A stretch of 32,000 bases of DNA from Acaryochloris marina MBIC11017 (GTDB lineage Bacteria > Cyanobacteriota > Cyanobacteriia > Thermosynechococcales > Thermosynechococcaceae), in NCBI RefSeq assembly GCF_000018105.1, contig NC_009925.1, forward strand, positions 2,670,001 through 2,702,000. The letters are read 5' to 3'. Below the pieces are notes generated by a model. The model saw only the letters and a list, made by a program, of their open reading frames with translations. It was not told where the DNA came from and ran no database searches. The translations under genes and the position numbers were made by a program. This document shows, piece by piece, positions 25,686-32,000 of this stretch. Position 1 is the first letter of the stretch; the number at the start of each line of letters is the position of its first letter.

Positions 25686-27218
25686 ATGACAAAGACATTT
25701 TCTTGGTTGCCTCTGGCACTTTGTTCTCTGGCCTTGCCCATTAGCATCAGTATGGCGCCCGTCCAGGCACAAGTGCCAGGATTCTGCCATTCCCCTGCCG
25801 GTGCAGCCAAAGCCAAACTCAAACTTCTACGGGCAGCCATTGCTGGAGATGTTGAAGCCCAGCGAGCCTATGACCGACAAGTGGCTGCAGATGCCCAAGA
25901 ACTGCAGCAATGTCGATCCCGCAATTGGCCCCAAAATCAGGCGATCTGGCTGCGGTTGCATGAATGTGACTTAGAACCCGGTGTCCTTGACACGCTTTTA
26001 GACCGGATCGTCAGCCGAGGCTACAACCAAGTCTATGTAGAAGTGTTTTATAACGGTCGGGTTCTATTGCCCGCCGCTAATAACCCGACGACTTGGTCTT
26101 CAGAAATTCGCAATCCCAAGTATGCCAATCGAGATCTGCTAGCAGAGACGATTAAAAAGGGACGAGCCCGAGGGTTGAAAGTCTATGCCTGGATGTTTAG
26201 CCTCAATTATGGCCACCAATATGGACAACGGAGCGATCGCAACTCCGTATTGGCCCGAAATGGCCAAGGCAAAACCAGTCTAACTCTGTTGGACTATGCC
26301 GACCCCAATATCAACCTCGATAACGGCGATATTGATCGAGCCTTTGTCGATCCCTATAGCGCCCAAGCCCGCCAAGACTATGCCCGTATGCTGCAGGCCA
26401 TCTTACAGCGCAAACCCGATGGGGTCTTATTTGACTATATTCGCTATCCTCGCCAAACCGGCGGGGCTTCCGTTAGCAGTAAGCTCAGCGATCTATGGGT
26501 GTTTGGCAATTCGTCCCGCCAAGCGTTGATTGACCGGGCGACTAATCAAAAGGGGCGGGCCGTCATCCAGCATTATCTCCAGCAAGGTTCGATCTCAGCA
26601 GGTACGTTAAAAAGTTTTGATAGTCAATATCCCAAGGAAAAAGCAGCCCTTTGGCAAGGCCGCCAAGTTCCCAAGGGCAAGCTCCCCCCCGTCGGAGTTC
26701 GCACCACGCGCTTAAATCGAGATTTGTGGTTGTTGAGCGTCGCCCATGCCTACCAAGGGATTGTGGATTATCTCTCAATTTTTGCCACCACTTCGATGCG
26801 CCAAGGTGTGCCTGCCGGAGCCGCCTTTTTCCCGGATGCCAACCGTCGAGTGGGCCAAGGCTATGACTCTAGAATGCAACCCTGGCACCGATTCCCCAAA
26901 AATATCGAATGGCATGCCATGTCCTACGGCACCTGTGGCAACACCAGCTGTATTGTCCAGCAAGTGCAGCGGGTCTTACAGCGAGCCTCGGGGGCTCAGG
27001 TCAAGCCTGTGATTGCCGGGCGATGGGGCCAAACCTACCGCAATCGCCCCTCCTTAGAGACCCAAATGTCGGCCATTCGCCGAGTGGCCCCCCAAGTTCG
27101 CACCGTTAGCCATTTTGACTTTTCTTGGCAAGATCCTCAGTTCGCCAATGCCCGCCGTTCTTGTCGGGTCACCTTGCTGCCAGGAGAGGATACCCGCCAA
27201 TCTTCAATCAGCCCTTAA
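25686..27218 (+). CDS. secreted glycosyl-hydrolase-like family 10 (DUF187/YngK-like) protein
   Basis: From ATG 25686 the signal peptide is MTKTFSWLPLALCSLALPISISMAPVQAQ. GYNQVYVEVFYNGRVLLPA and GLKVYAWMF resemble the GHL10 TIM-barrel family, an assignment made from memory. An alternative GTG lies at 25650. Confidence 0.7.
   Translation: MTKTFSWLPLALCSLALPISISMAPVQAQVPGFCHSPAGAAKAKLKLLRAAIAGDVEAQRAYDRQVAADAQELQQCRSRNWPQNQAIWLRLHECDLEPGVLDTLLDRIVSRGYNQVYVEVFYNGRVLLPAANNPTTWSSEIRNPKYANRDLLAETIKKGRARGLKVYAWMFSLNYGHQYGQRSDRNSVLARNGQGKTSLTLLDYADPNINLDNGDIDRAFVDPYSAQARQDYARMLQAILQRKPDGVLFDYIRYPRQTGGASVSSKLSDLWVFGNSSRQALIDRATNQKGRAVIQHYLQQGSISAGTLKSFDSQYPKEKAALWQGRQVPKGKLPPVGVRTTRLNRDLWLLSVAHAYQGIVDYLSIFATTSMRQGVPAGAAFFPDANRRVGQGYDSRMQPWHRFPKNIEWHAMSYGTCGNTSCIVQQVQRVLQRASGAQVKPVIAGRWGQTYRNRPSLETQMSAIRRVAPQVRTVSHFDFSWQDPQFANARRSCRVTLLPGEDTRQSSISP
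26233..26240. repeat. HIP1 octamer GCGATCGC
   Basis: Exact match read from the sequence. Confidence 0.9.
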
Positions 27219-27269
27219 GAACCAAGACTGCGACTATCCTGGTAAAGGAGACGCTTGCAGACGAACACC

Positions 27270-28667
27270 ATGGACCATCAACAACCCATTCAGGTGATTG
27301 GGGGAGGACTCGCAGGGACTGAGGCCGCTTGGCAAATTGCCCAAGCGGGATGGCCCGTGATTTTGCATGAGATGCGTTCTGTGGAGGAAGAGCGGCTGAC
27401 GCCCGCTCACCACACAGACCAGCTGGCTGAGTTGGTCTGTAGTAATTCCTTTGGTGCACAAGCTAGCGATCGCGCCGCCGGATTGCTCCATGCTGAACTG
27501 CGCCAGCTCGGTTCCATCATTATTCGCAAAGCCGATGAACATCAGGTCCCTGCTGGGGGAGCACTAGCAGTAGACCGAGGCGTTTTTAGCCGAAATTTGA
27601 CAGAAACCTTGGCTGAGCATCCTAATGTCGAATTGCGCCGGGGTGAAGTTCCCACCTTACCCATCGATGGCACTGTCGTATTGACCTCTGGACCATTGAC
27701 CAGTGCCGCTTTAACGGAGAGTTTGCACCAATTTACCGGCCAAGATTATCTCAGCTTTTTTGATGCTGCCAGTCCCATCATCGTCGGTGAATCCATTAAC
27801 CGAGATGTGGCATTTCTGGCCTCTCGCTACGACCGAGGCGAAGCGGCCTATCTCAACTGCCCCATGAATCGGGAGCAATATTTAGCCTTTTGGCAGGCCC
27901 TCTGTGCAGCGGAACAGGCTGAACTCAAAGACTTTGAAAAAGAAACCGCTAAATTCTTCGAGGGCTGCTTACCCATTGAAGAAATGGCCCGCCGGGGTGA
28001 AGACACAATGCGCTATGGCCCCCTCAAGCCTGTAGGTCTATTCGATGCCCGCTATGGCGACTTTAAAGCACCGGAAAACCAGAAGTATCGTCCCTATGCC
28101 GTGGCTCAACTCCGCCAGGAAGATAAGGCAGGCAAGCTCTGGAATCTAGTCGGTTTCCAGACTAATCTGCGCTGGGGTGAACAAAAGCGGGTATTCCAGA
28201 TGATTCCAGGATTGGAATCGGCAGAGTTTGTACGCATGGGGGTGATGCATCGCAATACGTTTATCAATGCGCCGGAATTGCTTCATCCCACCTTACAGTT
28301 TAAGCAACGGCCGACGTTACTGGCAGCGGGACAGTTGATCGGTACGGAGGGCTATACAGCGGCGACGGCAGGAGGGTGGCTAGCAGGCACAAATGCAGTG
28401 CGCTTAGCTCAGGGGCTGAACCCTGTGGTTCTACCGACAACCACCATGAGTGGTTCGCTGTTTGAATTTATCAGTTCAGCTACACCGAAGCATTTTCAGC
28501 CGATGCCCCCTAACTTTGGCATTATTCCTGATCTGCCGCAGCGAGTTCGGAATAAGCGTGAGCGTTATGGAGTCTATCGCGATCGCGCCTTAGCCGATCT
28601 AACCGCCTGGATTGCGGAACCTTCTCTCTTTCGGCAAACGGTTGCGGCTAACTCGGCCAGTATGTAA
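27270..28667 (+). CDS. trmFO: methylenetetrahydrofolate--tRNA-(uracil54-C5)-methyltransferase TrmFO
   Basis: FAD motif [16 protein letters not shown], plus CSNSFG, GQ(L)IGTEGY and a PPNFG(I)IP-type C-terminus typical of TrmFO/Gid. ATG at 27270. The TTG at 27255 is less likely. Confidence 0.92.
   Translation: MDHQQPIQVIGGGLAGTEAAWQIAQAGWPVILHEMRSVEEERLTPAHHTDQLAELVCSNSFGAQASDRAAGLLHAELRQLGSIIIRKADEHQVPAGGALAVDRGVFSRNLTETLAEHPNVELRRGEVPTLPIDGTVVLTSGPLTSAALTESLHQFTGQDYLSFFDAASPIIVGESINRDVAFLASRYDRGEAAYLNCPMNREQYLAFWQALCAAEQAELKDFEKETAKFFEGCLPIEEMARRGEDTMRYGPLKPVGLFDARYGDFKAPENQKYRPYAVAQLRQEDKAGKLWNLVGFQTNLRWGEQKRVFQMIPGLESAEFVRMGVMHRNTFINAPELLHPTLQFKQRPTLLAAGQLIGTEGYTAATAGGWLAGTNAVRLAQGLNPVVLPTTTMSGSLFEFISSATPKHFQPMPPNFGIIPDLPQRVRNKRERYGVYRDRALADLTAWIAEPSLFRQTVAANSASM
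27466..27473. repeat. HIP1 octamer GCGATCGC
   Basis: Exact match read from the sequence. Confidence 0.9.
28579..28586. repeat. HIP1 octamer GCGATCGC
   Basis: Exact match read from the sequence. Confidence 0.9.
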
Positions 28668-28943
28668 TTCAGCCAGACGCTCAACGAACCCTTGTAATGT
28701 ATTGATTTGAATACGACATAACGCTACTTGAAACAGCCCAATACACGAGAACCGTTGGTGAAGAATACTACAAGTTCTTACCAACTGTTTTCGTATAGCT
28801 GTTCCCTCAAATGCTTTTCTCAAAAGGTATAGTAGCCTCACTTGATAGAAGCAGGCAGAAATGAGGGAATCTTATCATTAGCAATCTGTTTGTTCAACAT
28901 CCCTAGCCCTGCATCACCCTTACCAACTTACAAAGGAAACAAA

Positions 28944-29288
28944 ATGAGCCTTTATGACATCCGCCAAAATCAGCGCATTTCTAAGGCTCAGACCGAGAAC
29001 AAACGCACCGCTCGCACTGTTCAAGAAAGCCAAGAATCGATTGAAGAACTGCGTCAATCCGTTCAAAAACTGTCTTTAGCCTGTCAAGCCATGTGGCAGT
29101 TATTACAGACCACCTCAGGACTGTCAGAGCAGGACCTGCTAGAAGCATTGCAAAACATAGAAGACAAGAATGCCGCTCAGAACTGTGTCAAATGTGGGCG
29201 GGTTCAGCAAAGCAAGAAACCTCATTGTCTCTACTGCGGCACTCCATTTCCTGAAGAAGCCTCTACGATAAGCTGTTTCCAAGTTTGA
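28944..29288 (+). CDS. hypothetical small protein, helical N-terminal half plus C-terminal CxxC...CxxC zinc ribbon
   Basis: 114 aa from ATG 28944, preceded by AAAGGAAAC. The C-terminus is CVKCGRVQQSKKPHCLYCG. I recognise no family. The part of the ORF-track model upstream of this ATG looks non-coding. Confidence 0.55.
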   Translation: MSLYDIRQNQRISKAQTENKRTARTVQESQESIEELRQSVQKLSLACQAMWQLLQTTSGLSEQDLLEALQNIEDKNAAQNCVKCGRVQQSKKPHCLYCGTPFPEEASTISCFQV

Positions 29289-29330
29289 GTGAGCCGTCCT
29301 GAGAGCAAAATATGGTCAACCTGATAGAGA

Positions 29331-29885
29331 CTACTGTGGCCAATCCACTGCATAGGACTTAAGTAATTGCTTCACGGTCTGATCAAAATAGGTTAGGTCC
29401 TTTAAACAGACCGCCATCATCATGGCCCCTTGCAGTCCTGCCACCAACGTAGCTGCCTGACTCTGGCGCTCAGCAAGCGCTACCTCAGCAGACATCGCTT
29501 CAGCCACCCAATCAACATTTGCCTGCAGAAACTGCTGCACCGCCTTGACAACCGGTTCGGGCAATCCCCCGCTTTCAACCCCCAACATGCCACACAGACA
29601 AAGCGTATCGTTAGCCATCAGAGAAGCCCGATAGAGGCCACAAAAAGCCTGCAACTTTTGGCCGACAGAACCATCGGGAATAGCTGCTAGTCCCCTGTCA
29701 AACTGCTCCGAATAGCGACGGACAAGGGCAACGCCTAAATCTTCTTTCTGCGGGAAATAGTAATGCACACTTGAACTCTTGATGCCCAGCGCATCTGCTA
29801 GCTCCCGGAAGCTGACGGCGTGATAACCATAGGCACGAATCCGTTGTTCAGCAGCGTCTAACAGAAGATTGAGTGTATCAGCCAT
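29331..29885 (-). CDS. TetR/AcrR-family transcriptional regulator
   Basis: 184-aa ORF with an N-terminal HTH (GYHAVSFRELADALGIKSSSVHYYFPQKEDL) and a helical ligand-binding C-terminal domain. Confidence 0.85.
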   Translation of the reverse strand: MADTLNLLLDAAEQRIRAYGYHAVSFRELADALGIKSSSVHYYFPQKEDLGVALVRRYSEQFDRGLAAIPDGSVGQKLQAFCGLYRASLMANDTLCLCGMLGVESGGLPEPVVKAVQQFLQANVDWVAEAMSAEVALAERQSQAATLVAGLQGAMMMAVCLKDLTYFDQTVKQLLKSYAVDWPQ

Positions 29886-29962
29886 CGCCTTATCACATCC
29901 TATTGGCCCAATATACCCTGCAGACCCAAAAGTCTTGACAAACAGAATTCGGATAAGCCATT

Positions 29963-29984
29963 ATCTATCTATCGATAGATAGAT
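29963..29984. promoter_or_regulatory. perfect 22-bp palindrome, candidate TetR operator
   Basis: ATCTATCTATCGATAGATAGAT is its own reverse complement (checked base by base). It lies in the 113-bp divergent region between the TetR gene and the GST gene, 15 bp upstream of the GST ATG. Confidence 0.55.
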
Positions 29985-29998
29985 GAGTTTTCACCCCT

Positions 29999-30619
29999 AT
30001 GAAAGTGTATGAATTCAAAGGTTTTCCAAATCCCGCTCGGGTTCGCATCGCCTTAGCAGAGAAGGGATTGACTGAGGCCGTAGAGTTTGTCTCTGTTGAC
30101 GTGCCCAATGGAGAGCACAAACAGTCTGAATTTCTGGCTAAAAATCCTTCTGGAACCGTTCCTGTCCTTGAGTTAGACGACGGCACGACCATTGCTGAGT
30201 GCACAGCCATTACAGAATATCTGGACCACACCTCAGGTGAAACTACGCTAACCGGTCGGACTCCCAAAGAACGGGCTATGATTCATATGATGCAGCGCCG
30301 AGCTGAAGCAGGTCTGCTGGATGCGGTTGGCCTATATTTTCATCATGCAACCCCTGGATTAGGGCCAGATATCGAGGCTTATCAGTGTTCAGAATGGGGA
30401 GAGCATCAACGCCAAAAGGCCATTGCAGGCATGCACTATCTCAATGATGTGCTAGCCCAAAACACATATTTAGCGGGTGAGCAATTTTCGATGGCCGATA
30501 TCACGGCTTTTGCAGGCTTAGTATTTGCAGATTTTGCCAAGATTGAGATTCCAGCAGAGTGTGGTCATTTGAAAGCCTGGCGTGAACGCGTCAGTCAACG
30601 TCCCAGCGTCGCAGGCTAA
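29999..30619 (+). CDS. glutathione S-transferase
   Basis: 206-aa ORF with an N-terminal thioredoxin-like GST fold (NPARVRIALAEKGL ... FLAKNPSGTVPVLELDDG ... ESTAI-like AECTAITEYL) and a helical C-terminal domain. Confidence 0.88.
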   Translation: MKVYEFKGFPNPARVRIALAEKGLTEAVEFVSVDVPNGEHKQSEFLAKNPSGTVPVLELDDGTTIAECTAITEYLDHTSGETTLTGRTPKERAMIHMMQRRAEAGLLDAVGLYFHHATPGLGPDIEAYQCSEWGEHQRQKAIAGMHYLNDVLAQNTYLAGEQFSMADITAFAGLVFADFAKIEIPAECGHLKAWRERVSQRPSVAG

Positions 30620-30634
30620 AACAAGGAGAGCAGC

Positions 30635-31342
30635 ATGGAGTTAAATGCAGACTTTAACCAGCGAGCAGTGGTCCATGCTGCTCAGCTCGATTGGATTCCT
30701 TCACCCATGCCAGGTGTCGAGCGGCGGATGCTGGATCGCGTGGGTGATGAAGTGGCCCGTGCTACCTCAATTGTGCGCTATGCCCCGAATAGTTCTTTTT
30801 CACCCCACGTACATACGGGGGGCGAAGAATTCCTGGTGTTGGAAGGAGTGTTTCAGGATGAACAGGGTGATTTCCCCGCAGGGAGCTATATTCGCAACCC
30901 ACCCGAGTCGAAGCATCAGCCTGGTTCTGAGTTAGGCTGCACTATTTTTGTGAAGCTGTGGCAGTTTGATCTGCAGGATCGAACCCATGTGCACATAGCT
31001 CCTTACAACAGGTCACAACAAAATATTCCAGAGCGATCTGGTGTGTTACAAACGCCTTTGTTTCAAGATGATCGGGAGTCTGTTCGCCTGGAGCGCTGGC
31101 AACCGGGGACAATCATCGACTATCAAGCCAGTGGTGGTTTAGAGCTTCTGGTTTTAGAAGGACAGTTTATTGAGCAAGGCGAAACCTTTACTCAGTACTC
31201 TTGGCTCAGGCTACCGATAGGGGCGACGCTATCGGCGCAAGCGGGGTCTACCGGATGTTACTGCTGGGTCAAGGAGGGACATCTACGGTATGTTGACTTA
31301 GATCAATTACCGGGGAGTGTCCCAAAAACAAGGAACCATTAG
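30635..31342 (+). CDS. ChrR-like bicupin protein
   Basis: 235-aa ORF. PGVERRMLDRVG.EVARATSIVRYAPNSSFSPHVHTGGEEFLVLEGVF.DE.GDFPAGSYIRNPP.S.H matches the ChrR cupin domain. GGAGAG lies upstream of the ATG. Confidence 0.75.
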   Translation: MELNADFNQRAVVHAAQLDWIPSPMPGVERRMLDRVGDEVARATSIVRYAPNSSFSPHVHTGGEEFLVLEGVFQDEQGDFPAGSYIRNPPESKHQPGSELGCTIFVKLWQFDLQDRTHVHIAPYNRSQQNIPERSGVLQTPLFQDDRESVRLERWQPGTIIDYQASGGLELLVLEGQFIEQGETFTQYSWLRLPIGATLSAQAGSTGCYCWVKEGHLRYVDLDQLPGSVPKTRNH

Positions 31343-31411
31343 TCGTCGCTACTTTGGGGGGCGATCTCGAGGGCACGCTTTCAGGATTTAAAAGAGTTGA
31401 GAAACGATTTA

Positions 31412-32000
31412 TCAAGGTTGGATTTCAGGTTTTACCAACTCAGGCTGAGCTGTATCATCAAGTTTTTGTGATGATTGGCCTTGTTGAATCGTGCGGATCA
31501 CATGGCGAGCTGCCTGCTCGATCTCTGCTTGAGTCGTAAATCGACCTAACCCAAATCTCAGCGTCGCTTTAGAGAGTTGAGCAGACCTCCCTAAAGCCGT
31601 TAACACATGCGAGGGAGTGGGTTTACTAGATGCACATGCAGATCCTGAAGACAACGCCACATAGGGCTGCAGCCCCAATAACAACGCCGCACCATCTATC
31701 CCTTCAAAACTGACCGACAAACACCCCGGTAATCGCTGTTGCGGATGACCATTCAAGTGAATTCCGTTCAATACCTGAAGCTCTTGCCAGAGCCGGTTTC
31801 TAAGCACCGTTAGCCGCTCTGCCTCTGCCGTTTGCTCAGCTAACCCTAGCTCAATCGCTTTCCCCAAACCAACAATTTGTGGTGTTGGTAACGTCCCCGA
31901 TCGCACATTTCGTTCTTGCCCACCCCCCTGCAGTTGAGCCGCAACCTGCACATGGGGATTGCGATTGCGAATATACAGCGCCCCAATCCCTTTGGGACCA
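31412..32000 (-). CDS. cysteine desulfurase (class V aminotransferase, NifS/IscS-like), 3' part; 5' end outside the window
   Basis: The frame is open to the window edge. Hand translation upstream of the tracked start gives GPKGIGALYIRNRNPHVQVAAQLQGGGQERNVRSGTL, and SSGSACAS (the active-site Cys loop) follows. Confidence 0.88.
   Translation of the reverse strand, partial: GPKGIGALYIRNRNPHVQVAAQLQGGGQERNVRSGTLPTPQIVGLGKAIELGLAEQTAEAERLTVLRNRLWQELQVLNGIHLNGHPQQRLPGCLSVSFEGIDGAALLLGLQPYVALSSGSACASSKPTPSHVLTALGRSAQLSKATLRFGLGRFTTQAEIEQAARHVIRTIQQGQSSQKLDDTAQPELVKPEIQP

Noticed and set aside
25575-25840. Minus-strand ORFs of 71 and 60 aa across the start of the GHL10-like gene
   Set aside because: They are antisense to a signal-peptide-encoding region, with Arg/Cys/Gly-rich translations typical of non-coding frames.
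26296-27542. Cluster of 60-100-aa overlapping ORFs on both strands inside the GHL10-like and trmFO genes
   Set aside because: They are off-frame products of GC-rich coding sequence (Pro/Arg/Ser-rich). The main frames carry clear family motifs.
28599-28841. 80-aa minus-strand ORF in the trmFO 3' end and downstream gap
   Set aside because: It overlaps the trmFO C-terminus antisense and has no recognisable domain or start context.
31354-31539. 61-aa plus-strand ORF
   Set aside because: It lies antisense to the 3' end of the cysteine desulfurase gene and has no motifs.
1-32000. Search for CRISPR arrays, transposases or integrases, long inverted or direct DNA repeats, toxin-antitoxin pairs and known defence genes
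   Set aside because: None were seen. The only long-range similarity is at protein level, between the two DUF3370-like genes.

Overview
The window reads as a cyanobacterial chromosomal segment. The evidence is a membrane-anchored rubredoxin (rubA), a petM-like mini-ORF, 11 exact copies of the HIP1 octamer GCGATCGC, and typical cyanobacterial housekeeping genes. I can support about 30 protein-coding genes. On the plus strand: petM, an Orn/Lys/Arg-type decarboxylase, cbiT, a DUF3370-like protein, pgl, a FraH-like zinc-ribbon/FHA protein, an FHA/kinase-like protein, a BEM46-like hydrolase, EF-G, a split ankyrin gene, surE, an MBL-fold hydrolase, ribF, a MoxR ATPase, a GHL10-like secreted protein, trmFO, a small zinc-ribbon protein, a GST and a ChrR-like cupin. 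On the minus strand: rubA, ychF, two uncharacterised membrane proteins, a TPR protein, a lipoprotein, a second DUF3370-like protein, a Kef-type CPA2 antiporter, a TetR regulator and a partial cysteine desulfurase. By eye I found no rRNA, tRNA, CRISPR array, transposase or integrase, and no recognisable defence or mobile island. I do not see a clear novel multi-gene system. The best leads are: (1) a tightly spaced (4-nt gap) pair of FHA proteins whose second member carries a kinase domain with both catalytic Asp residues changed to Asn, a predicted pseudokinase; (2) two divergent, inverted paralogues of an uncharacterised ~450-aa family, one preceded by a ~640-bp AT-rich, almost ORF-free island; (3) an uncharacterised TPR/membrane/membrane gene cluster with four helically phased GTCGG pentamers in its internal intergenic region; (4) a low-GC ankyrin-repeat gene split by a single in-frame TAA; (5) a TetR-GST-cupin module with a perfect 22-bp palindrome. 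All family assignments come from motif recognition by eye and need HMM or BLAST confirmation.
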